A stretch of DNA of 64,000 bases from Octopus vulgaris (taxonomy: Eukaryota): positions 47,492,001 through 47,556,000 of the forward strand of contig OX597819.1 of the NCBI GenBank assembly GCA_951406725.2. The letters are read 5' to 3'. Under the pieces are notes generated by a model. The model did not search any database and was not told the origin of the DNA. It was given only the letters and a program-made list of their open reading frames with translations. Position numbers and translations under genes: made by a program. Of this stretch, positions 13,065-28,239 are shown piece after piece. How positions within the stretch are numbered: the stretch's first letter is position 1; each line of letters begins with the position of its first letter.

Positions 13065-14604
13065 GGCTCTTTGATTCTAACAAACAAATGTACTGCCTCA
13101 TCCACACACACACACACACACACAAAATATCAACTGAAAAATATACTAATATGAAAACAGTCGACCTATCATGCATAAACATATATAAATATGTGTACAA
13201 CATAGATGCACACATACACATTTAAACACATACAATATACATACAAAAGCACAACTAAATTATCACTTTGATTATCACTATCTAGATTGTCAGGTATATA
13301 TTAAAATGATAATTATACTTTTAGCATCAGCAAAAATAACTGATTTGACATGGAGTATTTCAATGTCTATGCTTCAACTAAGGAAAAGAAAAACAGCATT
13401 AAAACAAACACAATTAGCAGTGTGTTAGTGTGTATGTGTGACCTACCAATATTCTATATCTATTCCTGGCATTTCACTGGTGAAAAGAAAATTTCCTAAT
13501 CTACAGACAGTAATTACATAGAAGTATTTAATGATTGACAAATGAAATAAGTGAACTTTAGAGAAAACTGCACTGTGGAACAACCACTAGTGAATTTTTT
13601 TTTATAACTATCTAACAATAATAAGACTTCATTCACAGTATCTATTTGTGAATATCTAATTTATTTTGGTAAGCAGCTTTAGTGAAGTTAATATCTAAAC
13701 TTTGAAAAGGAGAAGTATTGACAGAAATGGTATATGGTGACAGAATTGTGCTGGGTATTTGGGTTTATATCTATATGTATGTTAAAATCCCACTGGAAAC
13801 TGTCTTTTATTACTCAATGGCCAATCAAAAAAAATACTAGTCATATACTGAGAGAGATTCAATCAGATACACTCTTCTTTATGAATACATAGCCTTGTGT
13901 AAATAGGAGAGATCAATATTTAAACATTAATAGAACTTAGGTACTCTGTGTGTGTGAGAGAGAGAGAGTGAGAGAGAAGCTAGAAGGACAGAGAAAAAGA
14001 CATTGAATGTATGCTGAGAAAAATGGGAGGGAGAGAGAGAGAGAAAGTGAGAGAGAGAGCAAATAAAAAGAAGCATGGAAAACAGATATTAAATGATGAT
14101 GATAATGATACAATGGGCTTCTGTAGTGTCAATCATTCTCATCTAAAAGATCTGCGAAGCCTATAATACAGCACAGTAATAGAGGTAAGACATTTTAGTA
14201 AATGAAATTTGTGACATTGTTTTATTCATCTGGCTTCTGGATAAAGCATGAACATAATGAAATCACCAGTTCGTTGTATGTAAGAAATCAACATTTATAA
14301 AGTGGAAGGGCATTGAATGGTAGAATCAATAGACTGAAGGACAAACTACCTTCTAGTATTTTAGTTACAGCTCTGTGTCCTGAGTTCCAATCTTTACTAT
14401 GGTCAACTTTATCTTTCATTATTCTGGGATAAGAAAAAAGATGGCAAGCTGGTAGATGAATTAGTGAGTAGGACAAAATGATCAGCAGCATTTCTTTTGA
14501 CTCTTTTCATTCTGGGTTAAAATTCTGCTGAGATCAACTTGGCCTTTCATACTTTCAGAGCCAATAAAATAAGTACCAGTTGAACACTGGGGATACCCTT
14601 TTTA

Positions 14605-14805
14605 CCCTTTTACTTGTTTCAGTCATTTGACTGTGGCCATGCTGGAGCACCGCCTTTAGTCGAGTAAATCGATCCCAGAGCTTATTCTTTGTAAGCCTAG
14701 TACTTATTCTATCGGTCTCTTTTGCCGAACCGCTAATTTACAGGGATGTAAACACACCAGCATCGGTTGTCAAGTGATGTTGGGGTGACAAACACAGACA
14801 CACAA

Positions 14806-14848
<43 letters not shown>

Positions 14849-15030
14849 CATATATATATACACACATATATACGACGGGCTTCTTTCAGTTTTCTTCTAC
14901 CAAATCCACTCACAAGGCTTTGGTCAGCCCGAGGCTATAGTAGAAGACACTTGCCCAAGGTGCCACACAGTGGGACTGAACACGGAACCATGTGGTTCGT
15001 AAGCATACTACTTACCACACAGCCACTCCT
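14605..15030 (-). mobile_element. Main tRNA-derived SINE nested in a second SINE family copy
   Basis: Full-length family sequence. Flanked by the two halves of a GCCTTTCAT..AAAATAAGTACCAG-type SINE (14445-14597 and 15031-15090). Confidence 0.85.
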
Positions 15031-16772
15031 AATTGATTTACCTCTTCCATTATAACTGCTGAGCTTGTGCCAAAATTTAAAATCATTATTCTGGGAATAA
15101 TAAATAAGTAACAGAAAGAAAAGAAGGGCTGATATAAAATCATCCATTCCATTCCTTCCAAAATTTTGCTCAGTGAAAATCAGTATTTATCATTTTGTAG
15201 AAAACAGTTTAAAATCAAATTAGTCACTATGACTGGGTACAAAATACATTGTTTGTTTAAAATTTCAGTACTGAGAACTGAAACAATGGTTATTAGTATT
15301 TATCACTAGAATAGTTCTCAACACTCACTTTTTTTTTAATCATTATACATTAAAAAATAAATAAAGCAGTTCAAACTGTACTTAAACGTCCAAGTGAAAG
15401 ACAAAAGGATTAAAATAATAATTCAGAGACAAAATTAAGTTTCACAGAAGTGAATAATAGTTAATGATAATCTGTCTCTAAAAAAATGCTCAGAACCAAT
15501 TCAAATTCTATAATTTCTCTCAAACTTATCTATTAATTTTGCATAACATGATGATGGCACTTGTATTTATTTAATTTAGTTGTTTTCGTATTGCTTTTTT
15601 ATTTTGTGTTTTTGAAAGTCATCAACTTTCCTATTGCTTAAGGGGACTAAACAGATAGGTTTAGCACATTTTGAATAATTAACAAAAAAGAAACATGAAA
15701 CATAACCAGATGGCTTGAAAAGGAAGAGAATATGAGATCAAGTTTTGCTGACATATATAATCAAAATACAATAGTACAAAGGGTGGTTACTTCAGAAAGA
15801 AAAACAGCAAAGAGAAAACAATAAGCTTTTCATAAGTTATTTTTCTTATGGTTTGTGTGAAAAATGAGGTGATTATTATAGTAGAATTGTCAGAAGATTG
15901 ATTTCTTTTATAAACTTAAACAGGAAGAGAGGGCACATGGATAGTGAGAAGTCCCTTCAACAGAGTAACTGTGGGAAAAAGGAAATGAATTCTATTTGTC
16001 ACAGAATAAATAAAAGAAAGGATGAAGAAGCTGAGCAAATAGTACATAAAGAAGAAAATCTCATGACAATATAATTTCAAGGAGAAAAAATATATAAAAT
16101 TAGAGGTGTTTAAGCCAAACAAATCTAATGAATAATGAATGTTTTAGCAAAAAAATAATAAAAACATTTCATTTTTTTTTCAAGATATTCCAAATTTGAT
16201 AACTTCACAGTCAACAAATAGTCACACAGGCATAGCTATGTGGTTAAGAAGTTTGCTTTACAACCACATAGTTCCAGGTTTGATCCTGCTGCACAGTACC
16301 TTGAGCAAGTGCTTCCTGTCAAAGCCTCAGGTAGATTAATACTTTGCAAGCAAAAAAACTGTGCTCTTTAAGATAAAGTTGTGTTATAGAGTTCACTTAA
16401 ATTCACAATTTACTTGCTATACCACAAATGACCAGAGTTAACATTAAAATTCAGTTATACTAATCAGCCTAACAAGTGTAATTAATTCTGGGAAATCATT
16501 GAAATTACATATTTGTATGTTGCAAAGAGAATGTGCATAATACATTATAAGCCAATTGTATAGTAAGGGTAACTATAAAACGTCTTTAGAGGGTTGTGTT
16601 AGGCTAAGTAACCCCGGAGGGTTCATGTAACATGTATAAAGGTATGTATATACAAATACAGAGAACAAGGTAGTATCATTATATGTTACAACTGGTTTCT
16701 CATATTTTTTAAAGTTTAAGATGATATCTACTGTCTGTACAAATAGTTGAATATATTTTGTTTATACCCCAA

Positions 16773-19315
16773 ATGAAGAAAGTGCAACCAAGTGGAGCAA
16801 ACAACAGGACAAAAAAATAAAAAAAAGAGAGTGAGAGACAGAGACAAAGAAGAGGGCTGGCAAAGAGGGGCTTTAGTTGCTTAGATAAAAGAAAGTAAAG
16901 GGGAAGTAGGGGAAATAAAGAAGTAAATGATATGAAAGAGGATTCTTGTAAAATGGAATCAGAACAATACTGTCTCAGTCTCTTTATCAGGATGATGATT
17001 TGAGTGAAGAAGATAAAGGAGATTTTAGCACATTTTTGCAAAGAAACAATATTAGGAGTTGAGCAATGATGTTCCAGATAACAACGATGACAATAGTACA
17101 GCATAACCAAGAAGGATATCAAAAGAAAGTGATCTATTTATCGAGAAGGGTAGGAGGTTCTTTCCCAAACAGTGGTTTGAAAAAGTTTCAATAACTTTTT
17201 TCAAAGGAGCAGTGGTCATCAATGACAAACTTTAGCAAGGAAGAAGGAACTTCCAATTAGAGAAAGTTGAATCCACAAATCCCTGACCATGAGACAAGCC
17301 CTTCTCATAGATCTTACTTGAGAGAATAATTGAACCTTGCAGTTTGACTCTAGCATTCAACTACAATAGATACTGAACTTTAACAGCAAATTTCTGCCGT
17401 AAAGAGAAAATAGAAAGCTATAACTGAACAGATTGTGAAGGTTGTATCATTTCTGTCAAAACAGAATCCTGCCTTTAGTGGACATCAAAGAGAAGGTATA
17501 TCCCCTTTGTCAGAACTAGAGGAGCAATCAGTGAAAATATAGGTAACTTTTTAAAAACATTCAGACTTTTGACCAAATATGATCTAATCTTAGTAGAACA
17601 CTTGCAGAGGGGGGGGGGGGAGAAAGAGATAAAAAAATTTTACCTGCTTGTCCCACAAAAATCAAAATGAAATAATCTCCTTTGTGAAACTCAAAGAAAA
17701 GTTAATTTCTAAAATTAAGGATGCAAAATATTTTAACATAATACTGGATTCAACTCCAGATATTGCTCATTAAGATCAGGTTTCTAAAATGAATTGTGTG
17801 TTACAAACATACTGATGAAAATAGATATGTAGAAATAAAGGAAGCATCTCTAAGTATTTCGTTTCAAATCAACAAAAAAGATATAGTCAGCTAGGTAAAC
17901 GAAATCCTGGGAGAAATTGGAAGAAGACAAAATTTCCATCAATCATTGTCATGACAAAGCATTTAACAACACAACAGTTATAACTGGAGAGTAGAGAAGT
18001 GTTCAACATTCTTGAAGTTAACTAAAAAGCTGTGTGAATTGTGAGAGCCACACTCTCAATTTGGTTTGTGTCCATGTAAATGGGCAACAACCTGTTGTTG
18101 TTACATTCTTTTGGGTACTGGAAAAACTTTACTATTTTTTCATCAACTTCTTGTTAAGAAATGTAAAAATTATTTATCTCCCAGATAAAAGACAATGTGA
18201 TACAAAGAGGGGTTCTTGCCATTATGTTGTGAAAGTAATGTATATAAGTGTAATAATATCATTGCAAGACTTGAACACTTGCAACAAGGTGAATTTTCTA
18301 GATTTACCATATATGAAGCAATGCTTCTGAACTCTTTATAAAAATTCCTTTTTATATCTTTGTTAAATTTTTCATACCCAATTTTATCAGTAGTGAAAGA
18401 ATTTTCAAAACATTTGCAGGATCTGAAAATAGGGAGCCATGAAGCATCGAAAAGGACTCATTTTCAATTATTGATTTTAAAAAATTATGAAAGCTAATGA
18501 ATATTGTGAAAAATGGGAGGATACCAATTGCACAAACAAGAAGAATGATACCTGGATAATCAGCAGGAGATAGTGAACTGATAGCATGGAAAGAAATGAA
18601 TGGAGTAAAAGTAGAGATTATGAGCCAATTAAAAACTGAAAAGGATGACTAGTGTTCACCTTGAAGATCTCAGAGATTGATTTTCATTTCTTTTGAATTT
18701 AAATTCAGTCACAATTGAAGATGAACAAGAAAGGGAATGGTTGAAAAATAAATATTCAGACTTTGCAAATTATGATAATGATGTGACAGTCATTCGGTTA
18801 TATAATGAAATGATTAACTTTTATGAGGCACTTTTGAGCTGAGTTGGGGTGGGAACACAGTTCCTTCTAATCCTGAAAATGCTCTAGGGTCTTTACTGCA
18901 ACTTGGAAGGGGTGTTTTTCTTCTGGTGTGCATCACATTCAGATTGCTGCATTTTCAATTACAAGTTGTGAAAGGCAATTTTCAATGCTAAAACCAATAA
19001 AAGCATATTCGAGGCCTTCAATATTACAGGAGCAATTAACTACTTTGGCTTTAATCAGCACTGAAAAAGGATTCCTCTCAGTTGATGCAAAAAAATGAAG
19101 CTGTTCATGTTTTTACTGTTAGATCTCATTTGGGGACATGAACACTGAACATAGTTAATGTGGATGATTTAATTTAATTAAAAATCTTTTTTTTTTCATA
19201 TCTAAGATGTCTTTTTTTCTCATATTTATCAGTACTAAAGCCTACACTTGAGCCTCGCAGGGTATAAAATTAAGAAGTTAGCCTCGTGGCATCACCAAAC
19301 CTCTACATGCCCCTG
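16773..19315 (+). mobile_element. Decayed hAT transposon (ZMYM1/DUF4371-like transposase pseudogene)
   Basis: Frameshifted motifs in the correct order: MKKVQPSGA (16773), QNPAFSGH, GNFLKTFRLLTKYD, KYFNIILDSTPDI (~17726), NCESHTLNLV (CxxH, ~18040) and SCERQFSMLKPIK..QEQLTTLALIS (dimerisation domain, ~18965-19060). Right end ...CCTCTACATGCCCCTG. Left TIR not found. Confidence 0.88.
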
Positions 19316-19619
19316 GTGGGAGCCCATTATGTATATATGTGTATTTTTTTAGGAATGTATGCCACTGAAGAACATAAACAGTTGAAAAAAAAAACAAGCA
19401 GGTACTTTAGAAATGCAAGTTCTTCATATATTTATAATGCATCAAGGTCAAAATCATCATCATCATCAAAGATCAGTTTTCCATACTGGCATAGGTGAGC
19501 CAGAGGACTGTGCTAAGCTTCTGTTTCAGCATGGTTTCTATGGCTGGATGCCCCCTCTTATCATAAATCCTATCCTACTCCCTTAAAAAAACAAAAGGAA
19601 AAAAGAAAACAAAAGTTCT

Positions 19620-20300
19620 TTCACTAATTTCAGTCATTAGACTGTGGCCATTCTGGGGCACTACCTTGAAGAATTTTAATTGAATGAATTGACCCTAGTA
19701 CTTATTTCTGAAGCATGGTACTTATTTTATCGGTGTCTTTTGCTAAACCAGTAAATTACAGGAATGTAAACATACCAACACTGGTTGTCAAGTAGTGATG
19801 AAGACAAATGCAGATACAAAGACACATGGCTCTATGGAAGCAATGGCTGAGACCTTTGGCATTATGTTGTGCTTGAGAAGAAGATCCATCAAGCCAAGTA
19901 AAATCACAGTCGTGGCAGATACTGGTATCACGCAAATGGCACCCATGACAGTGGCATGTAAAAGCACCCATTACACTCTTGGAGTGGTTGGTGTTAGGAA
20001 GAGCATCCAGCTGTAGAAACCATGCCAAATCTGACTGGAGTCTGGTGCAACCTTCCAGCTTGCCAGCCCTGGTCAAACCATCTAATCCATGCCAGCATGG
20101 ACAACGGATGTTAAATGATGATGTAATGGTGGTGAACAGGCTTCTTTCAGTTTCCATCTACCAAATTCACCAACAAAGCTTTGGTCAGCCCAAGGCTATA
20201 GTAGAAGACACTTGCTCAAGGTACCATGCAGTGGAACAGAACCTGGAACCATGTAGGTAAGAAGCAAACTTTTTATCACAGAATCACGTCTGCACCTACT
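19620..20300 (-). mobile_element. Main SINE interrupted by an (ATG)n-tailed retroposon fragment (~19830-20125, +)
   Basis: SINE 3' half at 19620-19825 and 5' half at 20135-20300 flank the inserted GGAGTGGTTGGTGTTAGGAAGAGCATCCAG..TGATGATG segment. Confidence 0.75.
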
Positions 20301-22240
20301 GCTTATGTTTCTTTCATAACTGTGCAATGATAGTAGTCTACATCTTAATCCAAGATTGATTAATGCTATATCTAACTATCTGCAGTAAACTATGTTCTCA
20401 TAGTCATTAATATAACAACACAGTATACTATGAGTTTGACAAATCTTATGGGAAGTAAGAAAAATTAAGTTAAACTAAGTTGATAAGGTACTGAACATCT
20501 AGCTGAGGAATTAATAGTTTGTACAGTCACTGTCATTGCATTGACTTTGTATATTCTAATTGTTTAACCCTAGGTCAGACCTGATCGTGTATATCTATGA
20601 TCAAAGATATTTCATCTATTATTACTTTGTCTTTTTAGGGGTTTTTAATATACCATTATCTAATGGGTCTTATTTTTATACTAGGTGGGTGAGTACAATT
20701 TACAGAGGATTTCGCTGTTATTTCCAACAGACTGAGGAACCACATTGAGTTTTTTTATATTATCTTGCTGGGATTACATAGAGGTTACTTGACCTTATGG
20801 GTTATATGTACACACACACACACACATATATATATATAGTAGTAATTTCAGAATCAAAAATGTTTTGCTAATTTGAAATGTGCAGTTTAACTCTGCGAGA
20901 TGAGCAATGTATTCACTCCTCATTATGAACAATAAGAGATGAATGCTGCCTCTATGAATCCTTGTGATTTAGCTTTACATGTCAGAATTTCACACAGTTA
21001 GGAACTGAACCACTTCCTTATTTCTTGATTAAATTGAAATAATTAAAAGCAGAAAACAAATTTAATAAACACCTTGAAATGGCTGATCAAACAAGGAGTT
21101 AATTTACTTCTTAAGGAGTCATAGTAATGTTTATTAATTAATCAAGGCTACACAGCATCATTATAGCTGATAGAGAAGTCTTCTAGCCATAAAAATACCA
21201 GCTAATTTTACTCTGTAATTTATTAAAGAACTTAAATAAAAGCACACATACAAAAACCCATCTGTTTCCATTTTGCTGCTTAAGTATCTGACTTTAGTTT
21301 TTCAGTACCTGTTTCCTTAAAGGATTAAAGAATTCCTAAAAATAAACTAATCAATTAATACTGACATTTAAAGTATTAGAAATCCTCATAAGCTCATAAT
21401 AATTTGCTAACAAAATTTTGTTTATTTGATGAAAACAAATAGTTAATAAAAGTGAGAAATATAAACAAAATATTAGAAATGTAAAGATTAAAAATATAAA
21501 AGCAAGATGATAAAATTTGATGAAGTAAAGGAAAAAGAGGAAACCTTCACTGAAAATATAAAACTCTTAATTAAAAGTTGGACACAACAACAACAACAAA
21601 ATATACTGATGAAAAATGTTTCAGTAAAATTAACTAAATGAAAGTGAATTTTTTGTTTTTTTTGTTTAATCATAGTTTTATGGTAATGATTAATTTAAGC
21701 AAACTAGAGTTTAGAACTTTTCAACAATCTAGACACAACCAATTTAGAATTAAAAATTATTTGGTATTGCAACATGTGTTGTTGTCATTGCGTAACACCT
21801 GGTCAGCTTTGACCGAACATGCTTTTTGTGATCAAAAGCATTTCAGCCATGACTAGTCCATCTTTTTCTTGTTTTTTGTTTTTTTGTGTGTGTGTGTGTG
21901 GGGGGGGGGGGCTGTTTTTTTGAGTATATTCATGCACTATGTACTAACTTAAAAATAAAATTTAATAAAATGGTAGGCTGCAGATTAACAGACTTGGCTG
22001 ATAATTGTAAGAGATCAAAAGATTATGTTGTTGGTTCATTTAAAATATATATATATTTCAAAAGTGAGGAACAAAAATTGGTTTGCTGTGAGAAAGAGGA
22101 AAAAATATCCTCTACAGGAAATTAATATTTTCTAATGGTACCAAATAGATTGTGCAGAAGTAGTGAGCCAATCATTGGTTTCCTCAGATCTAAGTGCCAA
22201 CTATGAAGCATGTACAGTCTGGCCGATATAACCACTAACC

Positions 22241-22497
22241 TAGTGGTTCTCAACTCGGGTCCATGTGGCCCTTGGCTAGGTTTGTATATAGTTTTGTTGT
22301 TAAAAATTTATGTACAAATAAATTGGTTATACTTCTACAATACACAAAACATTCTAGTAAATTTTTTATATAATTCTTAATAATATTTAATTATAAAAAT
22401 ACAATAGAATTTTTTAAACATCAAATGGCTTTGGGGGCCCAGTAGAGTAAACTAGGATCAAAGGGGTTCATAGGCAAAAAATGGTTGTGAACCACTA
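22241..22497. mobile_element. hAT Charlie/Buster-type MITE
   Basis: TIRs TAGTGGTTCTCAAC / GTTGTGAACCACTA; 8-bp TSD CACTAACC / CACTAAGC with central TA. Confidence 0.85.
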
Positions 22498-23214
22498 CAC
22501 TAAGCACTTCAGCTCAAGTGTCAACTGGACTGTATAATTCTGAACTTTAAGTCATCATCAGGGTTTATTTAATCCTGTCACTGGGATGCCAAGTAAAAAC
22601 AACTACTAATCATAGAGAAAATACTTCTTGGCTTACATACGGGTGAGCTAATTTGCATTTTGTAGTTAATTGAGTAATTACTAATACACCTACACAGCAT
22701 GAAAACTGAAACAGTGTACCAAAGTGTACTTGTCTGCTTAAAATATATACAGTCTTACTCTGGAAGGAAATTTGGTGGGGAAGAGAGGACAGTTTTCAAC
22801 AGCTGTATTAGTAATTAATTAATGAATATCATACTGAAACTAATAAGTAAAAATTAGCTTACTCTTGTGTAGGGAAATAATCTTTTTTTTTTATACAAAG
22901 CTAAGAGCTGCTTTAGTCAGCCTCATGACAACAGTTAATTTTAATGAGGACTTTAAAAAAGTTTCATATGAAGTTAGTTCAACTGCTGAGACTTTGTAAT
23001 GTTTCTCCTTCATTCTATGCCACAGCAAGACTTCAGTTTATCAAATTTGTTTAATGTTTCTTGGTTTTGTATTAGTAAATTAAAATCACTACAAGATAAA
23101 ATAGCTGCTTTAGTTGTAGATTTTGCAGTTCCAAAACTGGGTCCCTTTATAAATCTTTACCTTAGTCAGCAAATATAAACAACATAATCTGCAGGACACT
23201 AGCCTCATCTTTTA

Positions 23215-23620
23215 TCTGTTATCTTTTTACTTATGTTGGTCATTGGATGGCAGCCATGATGGGGCACCACATTGAAGGGTTTTAGTTGAACAAATCAAAC
23301 CAAGTGCTTATTTTTTAAAAGTTGGGTTACTTATTCTATTGGCCTCTTTTACCAAACTACTAAGTTACAGAGACATAAACAAACCAACACTTGTTGTCAA
23401 ACAGTGGTGAACAAATACAAATGAAAAGCCATACCTATACATATACACACACATATAAATATATACATTGAGCTTCCACACAGTTTCCATTTACTAGATT
23501 CACTCACAGGGCATTGCTCAACTTACTTGAGCAAGTAGAAGACACTTGCTCAAGGTGCCTAGCAGTGAACCTAAAACTGGCAGCAAAGTTAGCTTTTTAA
23601 CCATATAGCCATGCCTGTGC
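23215..23620 (-). mobile_element. Main SINE, decayed (another decayed copy at ~24680-25140)
   Basis: Family blocks recognisable in order on the minus strand. Confidence 0.7.
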
Positions 23621-23954
23621 CTCCATAGCAACTCCATTTAAATGCACTAATTATTAATAATGTAAAGCAAAATTTGCAAATTCGAATCAGAATATAACAA
23701 CTTGTATGTTGTAAAAAGAATCTGGTTATTAATATACAGCTGAAATTTTCCAATAATGTTATCATAATGTTATGAAATGCTGATGTAGAGGTTGCCTTTA
23801 CTTCAGGAACCTGACAAAAATATCTATACTGCAATTATCATAAATTATTCATATCAAATCAATCCTCCTGTATTTTCTTTTACCTCAAACCAGGAACTTT
23901 TCAGCATCCACCTCATAGTTTCAATGTGTTGGTTAGAGTGTGAATAGCTATATA

Positions 23955-24208
23955 TTAGGTTGTCAAATAAATTTATTAGTCTTTTTTGTTTATTTCAATC
24001 CTTTCCAATGTTATTTAAATTAACATGAAAAATATTTTTATTGTAGTGTTTTATGGAGTTTTTTTTTGTAGCTCTATCCTTCCTTTATAACTTTTCTTCA
24101 TCATTTTTGAACTTTGAATAAATTTTACCACTTTTCAGATATTTAACAATGGAGTGCCAACTAGGAAAAAAGAAAAAAAAAAAAGAAGAAATTTATCTGC
24201 CAACCCAA
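23955..24208 (+). mobile_element. Internally deleted mariner element/MITE
   Basis: TA-flanked TIRs TTAGGTTGTCAAATAAAT / ATTTATCTGCCAACCCAA; remnant of a transposase-like start (ATGGAGTGCCAA) at ~24149. Confidence 0.7.
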
Positions 24209-24943
24209 TACTATTTTCAGTGTACAGAACTAACGTATCTGAGAATTTCTTTGATGAATCCCAACTTCTTAAACTTCAGCTGCCTCTGTCACATTAATGT
24301 CACTATTTAAAATAACAGTAACTTTTATGTAAATAACACTCATGATAGTAAGACAGAATGTTTTGATAAACTAACACAATTCTCCATATCTCAACTCATT
24401 GACTAAGTCACTCACAAGGCTAACAACGTAATTGACATCATTAACATTAATTAGTCAATTATGTAATAATATATAATTAACTGACTATGATTACTGCTTA
24501 GCATTTCTTTTCTTTTTTTTAGGGTGCGGGGAACAGCATGTGGCAAAAACCTGTCTCTAGTCTTCAAAATATTACATAATATGAACCACAAATCATGCAT
24601 ATTATCTTAATGAAATCTAATCTAAGTGTTTTGAATTATATCTATGACTTATTTTTTGTTGTTTTTTTCAGAGATATCTTTTATCTTTTACTTGTTTCAG
24701 TAATTAGAATGTGGCCATACTGGGGCCCTGCCTCAAAGGATTTAGTCAGACAAATCGACCCCAGTATTTAGTTTTCTTAAGTCTGGTACTTAAGCCATCA
24801 GTTTCTTTTGTTAAACTGTTAAGTTATAGTGCTGTAAACAAGCCAACACTAGCTGTCAAGTCATGGGGAAGGGAAAAATACAAATACATATATTACTTAC
24901 ATATATTACATATACACAAGTATATTAAATACATACGTAAATT

Positions 24944-24978
<35 letters not shown>

Positions 24979-25935
24979 CACACACATCCATACATACATG
25001 ATGGACTTCACAGTTTCCATCTATCAAATTCACTCATATAGTATTGGTCAACTCAAAGCTATAATAGAAAATACTTGTCCAAGGTGCTGTGCAGTGAACT
25101 GAACTTAAAATTACATGCTTGTAAAGCAAACTTAACAATACCTGTGATTGTAAATCAAAAATATAAATATGTTTTAGAAGGCCAAAAACAGTAAATTTAT
25201 TGGGGGAATATGGGGGAAATAAAATAAACAAATAAATAAACACTGAAAATTAAATTGCTTATTGGGGATTTTGAAACTATGATGACATTTGATAAAGAGA
25301 ATATTGATTTCATGATGAAAATTCTAAATGATCAAAATTTTATTATTTTGGTCACTTCATCTTGAAATTGCAACTATTAATCAACAGCTCCTGTGTGCTT
25401 AATGCAACTGTTAATTAACAAATCCCATCTGTTTGCTCCATGAACAAACTAACCGAGAATAGGGTGTAAAAATATATAAACAATAAAACTTCCTTGTTCA
25501 GATTATGGAAGCAATATCATCCACTGGAACTCCCATGATAGTGTCTATTCAGGTTTCTTGTTACTAAATCTTTCTGCAGCCTTTAATAAAATGGATCAAA
25601 TGAACTTTAAAAATGAATTGAACATCTGGAGTATCATAAAAATTTGTTTGCTGTGATTTTTTTCATATTTAAACATGTTATAGTGGAAGGCAAATCAGAG
25701 CTATTAATAATAATATGCAACATATCCCAAGGCTCGATATTGATTTTGTTTGGATTTAGTGCTTGCATTTGTAATCAGACTTTAATAGCTTGATTCTTTG
25801 CACATGGTTGCAGGTGTGATTTTGGGTTTGATCTTATTGTGTTACACCTTGGACAAGTGTCTTCTACTATGATAATGAGTTGACTAGTCTTGGTTGACAG
25901 AAGGAAATTACAAGAACTCAGTCATGTATGTGTAA

Positions 25936-26000
<65 letters not shown>

Positions 26001-27529
26001 AGAAGGATGACCACTAAGAAAGGGATGTTCTGAAGAAAATTTAGCAAATGCCAGAACATAAGTGAGCAAGACAAATGAAAAGATACAAAATATACAGATT
26101 AATCACAAATCAGTTTCGTTGTTACCACTTACGTAATCATTTACCACTTAGTGGTCATCCCTCTTATATGTATGTAATACAATTTTTTCTGAATCTTCAG
26201 ATTTTTTTATATGCTAGACCACTGGTTTTAAATTGATATTGATCAAATTAATATTCAATTTTTCACCCTTATTATTTTATATATATATATATTTAAAAAT
26301 ATATATATATATATATAAATATATAAAGCTATATTTGTGTATAGAATATAGGGTTAAAAAAGTTGAAGGCTAGTCTTCATCTTTTTCCATCCAAGGGGCT
26401 TTTGAATCCAGTATTCTACACATTATTTATAGTTTCATTTGTTGAGTTCCACAGTTAAAAACAATTTATTTAAAATCTCTCAAAGTTTCTAAATTCTTAT
26501 GATATAAATATTATGCATGTGTGTTTGTTGTGTCCATGCTTATGTTTACTTTTAGATCAGTTTAATGCTTGGTGGTATTTTGTCTATCTGCCCTTACATT
26601 CTGAGTTCAAATTCCACCACAGTCAACTTTGCCTTTCATCCTTTTGGGATTGATAAAATAAGTACCAGATGAGCACTGGGGTTAATGTAATTGACTTAAC
26701 TACACCTAGGTAAGAGCATAAAAAATGCACCTCTCTACCAAGCCATGCACTCCCTTTATATTCCCTTAATTTGGCGGTTTGATAAATGAAGGATAAAATA
26801 GATATCAGACAGAAACAAGTACTGGGATTGGCATGACTAAATCAAACCATTAAAAGCAGTGCCCCAGCAGAGTCACAGTCCAGTTGGTGAAATTGATAAA
26901 AGGGGAGAAAAAAAAAGATGATCAAGAAACTCTTAAAACATTTCATATCTTTCCTCACTGCAAAACTTTTGAAACACAAGTCAATGAATATCATATCGAA
27001 CCTCTACATGATCCCTTGACCAACCAAAAATAACAGCCAAATCTCTCTCAAGTAACATCTCCCAGCAAACACATTGGATAAAAGAAAGAGAGTATACTAT
27101 TCTTGAAAAATAAAATTCCAAGTAGCCAAAGTTGACAACTTCAACAGCTCTTGAAATGAATTTATAGATGATTGGTATTTTAAACTAATTACTATAAAAT
27201 AAATACTATGAAGTCCAAAATAAAAGCATTTCAACTTATGATGAATTAATCACTGAAAGTATCTGCTTCAATAACCTAAGATTATTTCCTTTGAAGTTGA
27301 AAACAGTCAGTGTTAAGACATCTGTAACACAACAAACACCTCAATCAGTTTATCATTAATGTGTACAATGATTTAGAAACCAAGAAATTTATTATTATTA
27401 TTATTGTTATTACTTTGTTAAATAGAATTTTACAAAATTGACTATTATAAGTTACCATTTTCTCAATATTATAATACCTAAAAGAAAAAAAAAGAATAAA
27501 ATTTTTTATATAACATAAATGTAACTATA

Positions 27530-27927
27530 GGCGCAGGAGTGGCTGTGTGGTAAGTGGCTTGCTAACCAACCACATGGTTCCGGGTTCAGTCCCACTGCGT
27601 GGCATCTTGGGCAAGTGTCTTCTGTTATAGTCCCGGGCCGACCAATGCCTTGTGAGTGGATTTGGTAGACGGAAACTGAAAAAAGCCTGTCGTATATATG
27701 TATATATATATGTGTGTGTGTGTGCCTGTGTTTGTACCCCTAGCATTGCTTGACAACCGATGCTGGTGTGTTTACGTCCCCGTAACTTAGCGGTTCGGCA
27801 AAAGAGACCGATAGAATAAGTACTGGGCTTACAAAGAATAAGTCCCGGGGTCGATTTGCTCGACTAAAGGCAGTGCTCCAGCATGGCCGCAGTCAAATGA
27901 CTGAAACAAGTGAAAGAGTAAAGAGTA
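27530..27927 (+). mobile_element. Main tRNA-derived SINE, near-intact reference copy
   Basis: GGCGCAGGAGTGGCTGTGTGGTAAG (A box), GGTTCAGTCCC (B box), central (TA)/(TG) tract, and 3' tail ..GAAACAAGTGAAAGAGTAAAAGAGTA. More than 15 homologues in the window. Confidence 0.92.
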
Positions 27928-28195
27928 AATATATAACTGCAAAGAGAATTTGAAAAGAACTCCGATAATAGACATTCTTTTACTTGTTTCAGTCACTGGG
28001 CTGCAGTCATTCTGAGGCATCATCTTGAAGGGTTTAGTAAAAAAAAAATAAAATAGGTACTAGGGCAAATTTGTTAAAATCTGATAATTATTCTAACGGT
28101 TTCTTTCACTGAACCACCACGTTATGAAAATGTAAATAATTGCTTGTTGTCAAGTGGTGGTGGGGTGAACAGAAACACATGAAGACACACACATC

Positions 28196-28233
<38 letters not shown>

Positions 28234-28239
28234 AAAGTG

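Noticed and set aside
18034-18330. Domesticated ZMYM1-like gene
   Set aside because: The surrounding transposase has many stops and frameshifts; it is a dead element.
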